A DNA stretch of 64,000 nucleotides, from the NCBI RefSeq assembly GCF_041886205.1, contig NZ_CP169029.1; one strand, 5' to 3'. The notes under the pieces are model-generated. The model did no database searches. It worked only from the letters and a program-made list of their open reading frames with translations, and had not been told where the DNA came from. Source of the DNA: Escherichia coli. GTDB lineage: Bacteria; Pseudomonadota; Gammaproteobacteria; Enterobacterales; Enterobacteriaceae. Shown piece after piece: positions 32,883-42,179 of the stretch. Numbering within the stretch: the first letter of the stretch is position 1; each line of letters begins with the position of its first letter. A program made the translations under genes and the position numbers.

Positions 32883-33578
32883 ATGATCTACTTACGCAAA
32901 GCAAATGAACGTGGTCATGCAAATCATGGCTGGCTGGACTCCTGGCATACTTTCTCTTTTGCCAACTACTACGACCCGAACTTTATGGGCTTCTCCGCGC
33001 TGCGCGTGATTAACGACGACGTGATTGAAGCAGGGCAGGGCTTCGGCACTCACCCGCATAAAGATATGGAAATTTTGACCTACGTCCTGGAAGGTACTGT
33101 TGAACATCAGGACAGCATGGGCAATAAAGAGCAGGTTCCGGCGGGTGAGTTCCAGATTATGAGTGCGGGTACGGGTATCCGTCACTCTGAGTACAACCCA
33201 AGCAGCACCGAGCGTCTGCATCTGTATCAGATCTGGATCATGCCTGAAGAAAACGGCATTACACCGCGTTATGAACAGCGTCGCTTCGATGCCGTACAGG
33301 GCAAACAGCTGGTGCTCTCGCCGGATGCGCGAGATGGTTCATTGAAAGTGCATCAGGATATGGAACTGTATCGTTGGGCGTTGCTGAAAGATGAGCAGTC
33401 GGTACATCAGATTGCCGCTGAACGTCGCGTCTGGATCCAGGTGGTGAAAGGCAATGTCACCATTAACGGCGTGAAAGCCTCGACCAGCGATGGTCTGGCA
33501 ATCTGGGATGAGCAGGCAATCTCCATCCATGCGGATAGCGACAGCGAAGTGTTATTGTTCGATTTGCCGCCGGTTTAA
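32883..33578 (+). CDS. yhhW: Pirin-like quercetin 2,3-dioxygenase YhhW
   Basis: 231 aa cupin ORF with the metal-binding His region HPHKDMEILTYVLEG. Confidence 0.9.
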   Translation: MIYLRKANERGHANHGWLDSWHTFSFANYYDPNFMGFSALRVINDDVIEAGQGFGTHPHKDMEILTYVLEGTVEHQDSMGNKEQVPAGEFQIMSAGTGIRHSEYNPSSTERLHLYQIWIMPEENGITPRYEQRRFDAVQGKQLVLSPDARDGSLKVHQDMELYRWALLKDEQSVHQIAAERRVWIQVVKGNVTINGVKASTSDGLAIWDEQAISIHADSDSEVLLFDLPPV

Positions 33579-33801
33579 AGCTCAACGGCATCTTTGAAGC
33601 CTGACTTTTTGCAGGCTTCCACGCTCGCTCCGGTCGCGTGCTGATGTACGCTTCCGGGGTTTTGCCGTGTCGTTAGCACAATGCGATGCAATTGATTTAG
33701 TGTATATCTAATAATTGTAAACAAGCACTGTTTTCCCCGGGAAGGTTCTGATGCGTCCGTGTTAAACTAAGAGAATCTATCTCTTTTGTACCTTCAGGAC
33801 G

Positions 33802-34797
33802 ATGAAAAAGAAAAGACCCGTACTTCAGGATGTGGCTGACCGTGTAGGCGTGACCAAAATGACGGTCAGCCGCTTTTTGCGTAACCCGGAGCAGGTTTCC
33901 GTCGCTCTACGCGGCAAGATTGCCGCCGCTCTTGATGAACTGGGTTATATTCCCAATCGTGCGCCCGATATCCTCTCTAACGCCACCAGCCGGGCGATTG
34001 GCGTCCTGTTACCTTCTCTCACCAACCAGGTTTTCGCGGAAGTATTACGCGGAATCGAAAGCGTCACCGACGCGCACGGTTATCAAACCATGCTGGCGCA
34101 CTACGGTTATAAACCGGAAATGGAGCAAGAACGCCTCGAATCCATGCTCTCATGGAATATCGATGGACTGATCCTCACCGAACGTACTCACACGCCACGC
34201 ACCTTAAAGATGATTGAAGTGGCGGGGATCCCGGTGGTGGAGTTGATGGACAGCAAGTCGCCGTGCCTCGATATTGCCGTCGGTTTTGATAACTTTGAAG
34301 CGGCACGCCAGATGACCACCGCCATTATTGCTCGCGGGCATCGCCACATTGCTTATCTCGGCGCACGTCTCGACGAACGTACTATCATCAAACAGAAGGG
34401 ATACGAACAGGCGATGCTGGATGCAGACCTGGTGCCATATAGCGTGATGGTTGAGCAATCTTCTTCTTACTCTTCCGGTATTGAACTGATTCGCCAGGCG
34501 AGGCGGGAATATCCGCAGCTGGATGGCGTGTTCTGTACTAATGATGACCTGGCGGTCGGCGCGGCGTTTGAATGCCAGCGTCTGGGGTTAAAAGTTCCTG
34601 ACGATATGGCGATTGCCGGTTTCCACGGTCATGACATTGGTCAGGTGATGGAACCACGGTTGGCGAGCGTACTGACGCCGCGTGAGCGGATGGGCAGTAT
34701 TGGCGCTGAACGCCTGCTGGCGCGTATTCGTGGCGAATCTGTGACACCGAAAATGTTAGATTTAGGTTTCACCTTGTCACCGGGCGGATCTATTTAA
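33802..34797 (+). CDS. gntR: Gluconate operon repressor GntR (LacI family)
   Basis: 331 aa ORF with N-terminal HTH (LQDVADRVGVTKMTVSRFL) and LacI-type sugar-binding domain. Confidence 0.93.
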   Translation: MKKKRPVLQDVADRVGVTKMTVSRFLRNPEQVSVALRGKIAAALDELGYIPNRAPDILSNATSRAIGVLLPSLTNQVFAEVLRGIESVTDAHGYQTMLAHYGYKPEMEQERLESMLSWNIDGLILTERTHTPRTLKMIEVAGIPVVELMDSKSPCLDIAVGFDNFEAARQMTTAIIARGHRHIAYLGARLDERTIIKQKGYEQAMLDADLVPYSVMVEQSSSYSSGIELIRQARREYPQLDGVFCTNDDLAVGAAFECQRLGLKVPDDMAIAGFHGHDIGQVMEPRLASVLTPRERMGSIGAERLLARIRGESVTPKMLDLGFTLSPGGSI

Positions 34798-34875
34798 GCC
34801 CACAAATTTGAAGTAGCTCACACTTATACACTTAAGGCACGGATGGATATTGCTTCTGATATTGTCCGGTCGGAC

Positions 34876-34906
34876 AATGTTACCGATAACAGTTACCCGT
34901 AACATT
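34876..34906 (+). promoter_or_regulatory. GntR operator sites in the gntKU promoter
   Basis: Two overlapping palindromic sites of the ATGTTACCCGTAACAT type (aatgttaccgataacagt and agttacccgtaacatt) just upstream of gntK. Confidence 0.7.
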
Positions 34907-34935
34907 TTTAATTCTTGTATTGTGGGGGCACCACT

Positions 34936-35463
34936 TTGAGCACGACTAACCATGATCACCACATTTACGTCTTGATGGGCGTATCGGGCAGCGGCAAATC
35001 TGCGGTCGCCAGTGAAGTGGCGCATCAACTTCATGCCGCGTTTCTTGATGGCGATTTCCTCCATCCACGGCGCAATATCGAAAAAATGGCGTCTGGTGAA
35101 CCGCTGAATGACGACGACCGCAAACCGTGGTTGCAGGCGCTGAACGACGCCGCGTTTGCTATGCAGCGTACCAATAAAGTGTCGCTGATCGTCTGTTCTG
35201 CACTGAAAAAACACTATCGCGACTTGCTGCGTGAAGGTAATCCGAATCTCTCGTTCATCTACCTGAAAGGCGATTTTGATGTGATTGAAAGCCGCCTGAA
35301 AGCGCGCAAAGGCCATTTCTTTAAAACCCAAATGTTGGTGACGCAGTTTGAAACGCTGCAGGAGCCGGGTGCGGACGAAACCGATGTACTGGTGGTGGAT
35401 ATCGATCAACCGCTGGAAGGTGTTGTGGCAAGCACCATTGAGGTTATTAAAAAAGGCAAATAA
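34936..35463 (+). CDS. gntK: Thermoresistant gluconokinase GntK
   Basis: ORF track frame 34915..35463; K-12-like start is the TTG at 34936 giving (M)STTNHDHHIYVLMGVSGSGKS; P-loop kinase. Confidence 0.88.
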   Translation: MSTTNHDHHIYVLMGVSGSGKSAVASEVAHQLHAAFLDGDFLHPRRNIEKMASGEPLNDDDRKPWLQALNDAAFAMQRTNKVSLIVCSALKKHYRDLLREGNPNLSFIYLKGDFDVIESRLKARKGHFFKTQMLVTQFETLQEPGADETDVLVVDIDQPLEGVVASTIEVIKKGK

Positions 35464-35466
35464 GTA

Positions 35467-36807
35467 GTGACTACATTAACGCTTGTTTTAACAGCAGTAG
35501 GGTCTGTTTTACTGCTGCTGTTTTTAGTCATGAAGGCGCGTATGCACGCTTTCCTGGCTTTAATGGTGGTGTCTATGGGGGCTGGCCTTTTTTCCGGTAT
35601 GCCGCTCGATAAAATCGCAGCGACGATGGAAAAAGGGATGGGAGGCACCCTCGGCTTCCTGGCGGTGGTTGTCGCCCTGGGAGCTATGTTTGGCAAGATC
35701 TTACATGAAACCGGCGCAGTCGATCAGATTGCCGTCAAAATGCTCAAATCCTTCGGCCACAGCCGCGCGCATTATGCCATTGGCCTTGCGGGGCTGGTTT
35801 GTGCGCTACCGCTGTTCTTTGAAGTGGCGATTGTTCTGCTGATTAGCGTTGCTTTCTCAATGGCGCGCCACACCGGTACGAACCTGGTGAAGCTGGTAAT
35901 CCCATTATTCGCAGGCGTGGCGGCAGCGGCGGCGTTCCTGGTGCCAGGGCCAGCGCCAATGCTGCTGGCATCGCAGATGAACGCCGATTTTGGCTGGATG
36001 ATCCTGATTGGCCTGTGTGCGGCAATTCCGGGAATGATTATTGCCGGGCCGCTGTGGGGTAACTTCATCAGCCGTTACGTTGAGCTGCATATTCCTGACG
36101 ACATCAGCGAACCGCATCTCGGCGAAGGCAAAATGCCATCTTTCGGATTCAGCCTGTCGCTGATCCTGCTGCCGCTGGTGCTGGTAGGGCTGAAAACCAT
36201 TGCCGCGCGTTTTGTGCCGGAAGGATCAACTGCTTACGAATGGTTTGAGTTTATCGGTCATCCGTTTACCGCGATTCTGGTTGCTTGTCTGGTGGCGATT
36301 TACGGTCTGGCAATGCGTCAGGGCATGCCAAAAGACAAAGTGATGGAGATTTGCGGTCACGCGCTGCAACCGGCGGGGATCATTCTGCTGGTGATTGGTG
36401 CGGGCGGCGTGTTCAAACAGGTGCTGGTTGACTCTGGCGTAGGTCCGGCACTGGGCGAAGCGTTAACCGGCATGGGCCTGCCGATTGCTATCACCTGCTT
36501 CGTGCTGGCCGCTGCAGTGCGCATCATTCAGGGGTCTGCCACCGTAGCCTGTTTAACGGCGGTGGGACTGGTGATGCCAGTCATTGAACAACTGAACTAC
36601 TCTGGTGCGCAAATGGCGGCACTGTCGATTTGTATCGCTGGTGGTTCGATTGTTGTCAGCCACGTTAACGACGCTGGTTTCTGGTTGTTCGGTAAATTTA
36701 CCGGCGCGACCGAAGCCGAAACGCTGAAAACCTGGACCATGATGGAAACCATCCTCGGCACTGTCGGTGCCATCGTTGGGATGATTGCGTTCCAGCTGTT
36801 GAGTTAA
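35467..36807 (+). CDS. gntU: Low-affinity gluconate transporter GntU (GntP family)
   Basis: 446 aa polytopic ORF matching remembered GntU. Confidence 0.93.
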   Translation: MTTLTLVLTAVGSVLLLLFLVMKARMHAFLALMVVSMGAGLFSGMPLDKIAATMEKGMGGTLGFLAVVVALGAMFGKILHETGAVDQIAVKMLKSFGHSRAHYAIGLAGLVCALPLFFEVAIVLLISVAFSMARHTGTNLVKLVIPLFAGVAAAAAFLVPGPAPMLLASQMNADFGWMILIGLCAAIPGMIIAGPLWGNFISRYVELHIPDDISEPHLGEGKMPSFGFSLSLILLPLVLVGLKTIAARFVPEGSTAYEWFEFIGHPFTAILVACLVAIYGLAMRQGMPKDKVMEICGHALQPAGIILLVIGAGGVFKQVLVDSGVGPALGEALTGMGLPIAITCFVLAAAVRIIQGSATVACLTAVGLVMPVIEQLNYSGAQMAALSICIAGGSIVVSHVNDAGFWLFGKFTGATEAETLKTWTMMETILGTVGAIVGMIAFQLLS

Positions 36808-36820
36808 TTACTGCGACAAA

Positions 36821-36852
36821 TTACTGCGAGCTTGCTCGCAGTAATTCATTTC
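36821..36852 (+). terminator. gntU rho-independent terminator
   Basis: Stem ttactgcgag/ctcgcagtaa with loop cttg followed by a T-rich run. Confidence 0.7.
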
Positions 36853-36946
36853 TCTTATCTCCTCTCTTCATCTTTTTGATCCCTCTCGCAAATTTACCTG
36901 CTAATAATCCGTTCTAATCACTGCCTAAAGATCGCAGGAGATAAAG

Positions 36947-39043
36947 ATGGAAAAGCACGGAGCTGAATTGCTTTTACAGCGGATGTTAGGAAATACCACC
37001 GCTACTTTCAGGAAAGGGCAATGGGAAGCCATAGACGCGGTGGTGAACCAACGGCGAAAACTGCTGGTTGTCCAACGCACTGGCAGGGGGAAAAGTGCCG
37101 TGTACTTCATCGCCAGTAAAATCTTCCGCGATCGCGGTGCTGGCCCGACAATTATCATCTCTCCTTTGCTTGCCCTGATGCGTAACCAGGTTGCCGCCGC
37201 TGAACGGTTAGGTATTACGGCTGAAACGTTGAATTCTACAAACAGGGAAGAATGGCAGCGTATTAGCGATAAGTTGCTGCAAGGTGAGGTCGATTGCTTG
37301 CTGGTTTCCCCGGAACGTTTGGCAAACCAGGACTTTATCGAAACGGTTTTATATCCTATAGCCGATCGTATTGGCTTGCTTGTGGTCGACGAGGCGCACT
37401 GCATCTCTGATTGGGGCCACGATTTTCGCCCGGATTACCGACGTATATTAGATATTTTGCGCCAACTGCCTGCGAATATCCCAGTTCTGGGTACAACCGC
37501 GACAGCGAATAACCGTGTCGTTGAGGATATCCGTCAGCAATTGGGTGACATTGTGATTCAGCGTGGAACGCTGGCTCGCGAAAGTTTGGCGCTTGATGCC
37601 TTAGTCTTAGGTGAACAGTCATCCCGTCTGGCATGGTTAGCAACGGTTATCCCTCAGTTTTCCAAATCGGGAATTGTTTATACCCTGACTACTCGCGATG
37701 CCGAACTTGTCGCCGAGTGGTTAAGGACAAATGGTATCAGTGCATTTGCTTACTACAGCGGCGTGACTTGTGAAGGCGCGGAAGATTCTAATACTGCCAG
37801 GGAATATCTGGAGCAGGCGCTGCTGGCAAATAAAATCAAAGTGCTGGTCGCGACGACGGCATTAGGTATGGGGTTTGATAAACCTGATTTAGGTTTCGTC
37901 ATTCATTATCAAATGCCGGGGTCTATTGTCGGTTACTACCAACAGGTAGGGCGTGCCGGGCGTGCTATAGATTCCGCTGTTGGCATATTGCTTTGTGGTG
38001 GTGAAGACCGCGCTATTCATAAATTCTTCCGTGAAAGCGCCTTTCCTGCGGAGGCGCAAATTCATGAAATACTCAACGTACTTAGCGAGAATGACGGTCT
38101 TACCCTACGAGGCATTGAACAACGGACGAATCTCCGTTATGGGCAAATAGAAAAAGCACTGAAATTATTGGTAGCTGAAAATCCATCGCCTGTGGTGTAT
38201 ACCGAGAAATTATGGCGCAGAACTATCGTCAGTTTCTCTCCTGACCATGAACGAATTAACCATTTGATGAATCAGAGAAAAAATGAGCTGGCAGATGTTG
38301 AAAGCTATATCACGACCAAGGAGTGCAAAATGCAATTTCTGCGCCGCGCACTCGATGAGCCAAGTGCCGAACGTTGTGGTAAATGTAGCAGTTGTCTTCA
38401 GCATCCGTTGCTGTCGCCCGATATTGATAGCGGCTTACTCCATGCGGCAAATTTATTTATTAAACACGCTGACCTGCCATTAAATCTCAATAAACAGGTA
38501 GCATCTGGGGCTTTTACGCAATACGGATTTAAAGGGAACTTGCCTGCGGGTTTACAAGGATCTACGGGGCGAGTCCTTTCTCGTTGGGGAGATTCCGGGT
38601 GGGGAAAGCAGGTAGCACAGGAGAAAAAAACGGGGCGATTCAGTGATGAGCTGGTGGAGGCATGTGCGGAAATGGTTCGCCAACGCTGGAATCCGCATCC
38701 TGAACCAACCTGGGTATGCTGCGTTCCTTCATTAAGGCACCTCGACCTGGTTCCTGATTTTGCCCGGCGACTGGCGGCGAAACTTGGCTTACCTTTTATT
38801 GATGCCATTGAAAAAGTCGTGGACAATCCACCGCAGAATATGCAGCAAAACCGTTTTCACCAGTGTCAAAATCTCGACGGGGCGTTTGTGATTACCCCTC
38901 CTTTGATGCCAGGTCCGGCGTTGCTGGTTGACGATATCGTGGATTCTGCATGGACGCTGACAGTTCTGACAGCACTGTTACGCCAGGCAGGTTGCCCGAC
39001 GGTTTATCCTCTTGCCCTTGCTTCTACCTCGGTAAAAAATTGA
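36947..39043 (+). CDS. RecQ-family DEAH-box helicase with zinc-binding motif and C-terminal phosphoribosyltransferase-like (ComF-like) domain; accessory gene absent from the K-12 gntU-yhgN junction
   Basis: 698 aa ORF with strong SD (aggag, 36936..36940). Motifs: Walker A TGRGKSAVY, RecQ-type motif II VVDEAHCISDWGHDFRPDY, TATA motif, helicase-C QQVGRAGR, Cys cluster C..CGKCSSC, C-terminal PRTase-like LLVDDIVDSAWTL. Confidence 0.88.
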   Translation: MEKHGAELLLQRMLGNTTATFRKGQWEAIDAVVNQRRKLLVVQRTGRGKSAVYFIASKIFRDRGAGPTIIISPLLALMRNQVAAAERLGITAETLNSTNREEWQRISDKLLQGEVDCLLVSPERLANQDFIETVLYPIADRIGLLVVDEAHCISDWGHDFRPDYRRILDILRQLPANIPVLGTTATANNRVVEDIRQQLGDIVIQRGTLARESLALDALVLGEQSSRLAWLATVIPQFSKSGIVYTLTTRDAELVAEWLRTNGISAFAYYSGVTCEGAEDSNTAREYLEQALLANKIKVLVATTALGMGFDKPDLGFVIHYQMPGSIVGYYQQVGRAGRAIDSAVGILLCGGEDRAIHKFFRESAFPAEAQIHEILNVLSENDGLTLRGIEQRTNLRYGQIEKALKLLVAENPSPVVYTEKLWRRTIVSFSPDHERINHLMNQRKNELADVESYITTKECKMQFLRRALDEPSAERCGKCSSCLQHPLLSPDIDSGLLHAANLFIKHADLPLNLNKQVASGAFTQYGFKGNLPAGLQGSTGRVLSRWGDSGWGKQVAQEKKTGRFSDELVEACAEMVRQRWNPHPEPTWVCCVPSLRHLDLVPDFARRLAAKLGLPFIDAIEKVVDNPPQNMQQNRFHQCQNLDGAFVITPPLMPGPALLVDDIVDSAWTLTVLTALLRQAGCPTVYPLALASTSVKN

Positions 39044-40245
39044 TGAATCTTTCAGCCAATGCACAAGCGACTCTCCTGCTAACCAGCGATTTTTCTCGCG
39101 CGGCGGCGAGTGAGCATAAACCTCTTAGTAATAGTGAATGGGGGAAGTTTGCATTATGGCTGAAGCACCAACGTATCAGTCCCGCCGAGCTTCTGGTGCC
39201 GCAACCGCAAGAGAAACTTACAGGCTGGAGCGATCCGCGTATTTCTCAGGAGCGTATTCTTGGCTTGCTGGCGCGCGGTCATAGTCTGGCGTTGGCGGTA
39301 GATAAGTGGCAACGCGCCGGTTTATGGATCATAACCCGAGGAGATGCTGATTATCCCGTTCGCTTGAAAAACCGATTGCGAACGGATGCACCTCCCGTTT
39401 TATTTGGCTGCGGGAATAAAGCATTACTGCAAGCGGAAGGTATGGCGATTGTTGGCTCGCGAGATGCTCCGACTGACGATTTGCGCTATACCCAACAACT
39501 GGCCGCGAAACTGGCCCAACAGGGGATTTGCGTTATCTCTGGTGGTGCGCGAGGTATTGATGAATGTGCAATGGCGTCGGCACTGGAGGCCGGGGGAACT
39601 GCCGTTGGCGTATTAGCTGATAGCTTGTTAAAAACGAGTACGTTAGTGAAATGGCGTGAAGGGCTTATAGCAGGCAACCTGGTGTTGATTTCGCCGTTTT
39701 ACCCAGAGGTGCGTTTCACCGTCGGCAATGCGATGGCGCGAAATAAATATATTTATTGCCTTGCTGAAAGCGCAATGGTTGTACGTGCGGGAATGACCGG
39801 TGGAACGATAACCGGGGCGATAGAGGCATTAAAACATCAGTGGCTGCCTGTGCAGGTTAAACCAAATCAGGATATGCAATCAGCCAATTCACGATTAGTA
39901 GAAAATGGGGCGTCATGGAGTGCTGAACAGGCTGAGAATGTGCCGATCAGACTGTCAGACGTTCCTGGGCTGATGTATGACAGAGCACTCCGTAACGCTC
40001 AACCAGAACTGTTTTCGCTGTATGAAGATGACGCAAATTACGCAGTAATGCCCGCGCATACGCCTGTCGATTTTTATCAACTCTTTGTGGCGGAACTGGC
40101 GATCTTTGCAAAGGAATCGATAAGTATTGAAAGGCTGTCGTCTTGTACTGGTTTAACCATCGAACAAATTAGTGTGTGGCTGAACCGCGCAGAAGAAGAG
40201 GGAAGGGTTATCCGATTGGGCGAAGGTCATTATCAGTTCAGGTAA
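39043..40245 (+). CDS. DprA/Smf-like protein (Rossmann/SLOG-fold core with N-terminal extension and C-terminal winged-helix-like tail); accessory
   Basis: ORF track frame 38950..40245; start taken at MNLSANAQ (39043), whose ATG overlaps the upstream TGA stop (TGATG). Core motifs IVGSRDAP, VISGGARGIDECAMASALEAGG and LISPFYPEVRFTVGNAMARN resemble DprA. Confidence 0.85.
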   Translation: MNLSANAQATLLLTSDFSRAAASEHKPLSNSEWGKFALWLKHQRISPAELLVPQPQEKLTGWSDPRISQERILGLLARGHSLALAVDKWQRAGLWIITRGDADYPVRLKNRLRTDAPPVLFGCGNKALLQAEGMAIVGSRDAPTDDLRYTQQLAAKLAQQGICVISGGARGIDECAMASALEAGGTAVGVLADSLLKTSTLVKWREGLIAGNLVLISPFYPEVRFTVGNAMARNKYIYCLAESAMVVRAGMTGGTITGAIEALKHQWLPVQVKPNQDMQSANSRLVENGASWSAEQAENVPIRLSDVPGLMYDRALRNAQPELFSLYEDDANYAVMPAHTPVDFYQLFVAELAIFAKESISIERLSSCTGLTIEQISVWLNRAEEEGRVIRLGEGHYQFR

Positions 40246-40248
40246 TAA

Positions 40249-40284
40249 AACAGGTGCCGCGTCTGGTTGTGTGCAGCACCTGTT
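40249..40284. terminator. Hairpin between the DprA-like gene and convergent yhgN
   Basis: Perfect 9 bp inverted repeat aacaggtgc/gcacctgtt around an 18 nt loop, immediately after the stop at 40245. Confidence 0.5.
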
Positions 40285-40290
40285 TGAACC

Positions 40291-40884
40291 TTACCCCTTC
40301 ATCCACATTCGAATGCCGTCGAGGAACATCTGGGTTGCCATCATCACCAGAATCAATCCCATCAGGCGTTCAAGTGCGTTCACCCCTTTCTCGCCCAGCA
40401 GACGTAAAAATAGCGAAGACTGTAGCAGGATGACAAAGGTGCCGCCCCAGGCCAGCAGCAGAGCAATCACCAGATGTCCCATCTGATTTGGGTACTGATG
40501 AGACAACAACATCAGCGTGGCGAGAATAGTCGGCCCGGCGACTAACGGAATTGCCAACGGCACGATAAATGGCTCTTCACCTGCCGGAAGCCCGCTGCTA
40601 TTTCCTGAAGCGCTGGGGAAAATCATCTTAATGGCGATCAGAAACAGTATGATGCCGCCAGAAATGGAGACGGTTTCTGCTCGCAGGCTAAGAAATGCCA
40701 GAATTTTCTCACCCGCAAACAGGAACACCAGCATCACCAGGAGAGCAATAAGCAACTCTCGCACCATGATTGCCCGCCGTCTTTTCGGTTCAGTATGTTT
40801 CAGTACGGACATGAAAATAGGTAGGTTTCCGAGCGGATCCATAATCAGGATCAATAAAACTGCTGCAGAAATGATTTCATTCAT
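40291..40884 (-). CDS. yhgN: MarC family inner membrane protein YhgN
   Basis: 197 aa polytopic ORF matching remembered YhgN. Confidence 0.9.
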   Translation of the reverse strand: MNEIISAAVLLILIMDPLGNLPIFMSVLKHTEPKRRRAIMVRELLIALLVMLVFLFAGEKILAFLSLRAETVSISGGIILFLIAIKMIFPSASGNSSGLPAGEEPFIVPLAIPLVAGPTILATLMLLSHQYPNQMGHLVIALLLAWGGTFVILLQSSLFLRLLGEKGVNALERLMGLILVMMATQMFLDGIRMWMKG

Positions 40885-41075
40885 AACTCAAATTCCCTGA
40901 TAATTGCCGCGGACTTTCTGCGTGCTAACAAAGCAGGATAAGTCGCATTACTGATGGCTTCGCTATCATTGATTAATTTCACTTGCGACTTTGGCTGCTT
41001 TTTGTATGGTGAAAGATGTGCCAAGAGGAGACCGGCACATTTATACAGCACACATCTTTGCAGGAAAAAACGCTT

Positions 41076-42179
41076 ATGAAAAATGTTGGTTTTATCGGCT
41101 GGCGCGGTATGGTCGGCTCCGTTCTCATGCAACGCATGGTTGAAGAGCGCGACTTCGACGCCATTCGCCCTGTCTTCTTTTCTACTTCTCAGCTTGGTCA
41201 GGCTGCGCCGTCTTTTGGCGGAACCACTGGCACACTTCAGGATGCCTTTGATCTGGAGGCGCTAAAGGCCCTCGATATCATTGTGACCTGTCAGGGCGGC
41301 GATTATACCAACGAAATCTATCCAAAGCTTCGTGAAAGCGGATGGCAAGGTTACTGGATTGACGCAGCATCGTCACTGCGCATGAAAGATGACGCCATCA
41401 TCATTCTTGACCCCGTCAATCAGGACGTCATTACCGACGGATTAAATAATGGCATCAGGACTTTTGTTGGCGGTAACTGTACCGTAAGCCTGATGTTGAT
41501 GTCGTTGGGTGGTTTATTCGCCAATGATCTTGTTGATTGGGTATCCGTTGCAACCTACCAGGCCGCTTCCGGCGGTGGTGCGCGACATATGCGTGAGTTA
41601 TTAACCCAGATGGGCCATCTGTATGGCCATGTGGCAGATGAACTCGCGACCCCGTCCTCTGCTATTCTCGATATCGAACGCAAAGTCACAATCTTAACCC
41701 GTAGCGGTGAGCTGCCGGTGGATAACTTTGGCGTGCCGCTGGCGGGTAGCCTGATTCCGTGGATCGACAAACAGCTCGATAACGGTCAGAGCCGCGAAGA
41801 GTGGAAAGGGCAGGCGGAAACCAACAAGATCCTCAACACATCTTCCGTAATTCCGGTAGATGGTTTATGTGTGCGTGTCGGGGCATTGCGCTGCCACAGC
41901 CAGGCATTCACTATTAAATTGAAAAAAGATGTGTCTATTCCGACCGTCGAAGAACTGCTGGCTGCGCACAATCCGTGGGCGAAAGTCGTTCCGAACGATC
42001 GGGAAATCACTATGCGTGAGCTAACCCCAGCTGCCGTTACCGGCACGCTGACCACGCCGGTAGGCCGCCTGCGTAAGCTGAATATGGGACCAGAGTTCCT
42101 GTCAGCCTTTACCGTGGGCGACCAGCTGCTGTGGGGGGCCGCGGAGCCGCTGCGTCGGATGCTTCGTCAACTGGCGTAA
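41076..42179 (+). CDS. asd: Aspartate-semialdehyde dehydrogenase
   Basis: ORF 41016..42179; start [15 protein letters not shown] (41076) gives the remembered 367 aa protein. Confidence 0.95.
   Translation: MKNVGFIGWRGMVGSVLMQRMVEERDFDAIRPVFFSTSQLGQAAPSFGGTTGTLQDAFDLEALKALDIIVTCQGGDYTNEIYPKLRESGWQGYWIDAASSLRMKDDAIIILDPVNQDVITDGLNNGIRTFVGGNCTVSLMLMSLGGLFANDLVDWVSVATYQAASGGGARHMRELLTQMGHLYGHVADELATPSSAILDIERKVTILTRSGELPVDNFGVPLAGSLIPWIDKQLDNGQSREEWKGQAETNKILNTSSVIPVDGLCVRVGALRCHSQAFTIKLKKDVSIPTVEELLAAHNPWAKVVPNDREITMRELTPAAVTGTLTTPVGRLRKLNMGPEFLSAFTVGDQLLWGAAEPLRRMLRQLA

Noticed and set aside
36947-40245. Possibility that the helicase/DprA cassette is part of a prophage, ICE or transposon
   Set aside because: No integrase, transposase, tRNA attachment site, terminal inverted repeats or phage structural genes are present in the window; the island is only two genes bounded by host terminators. 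A remnant of a larger element cannot be excluded.
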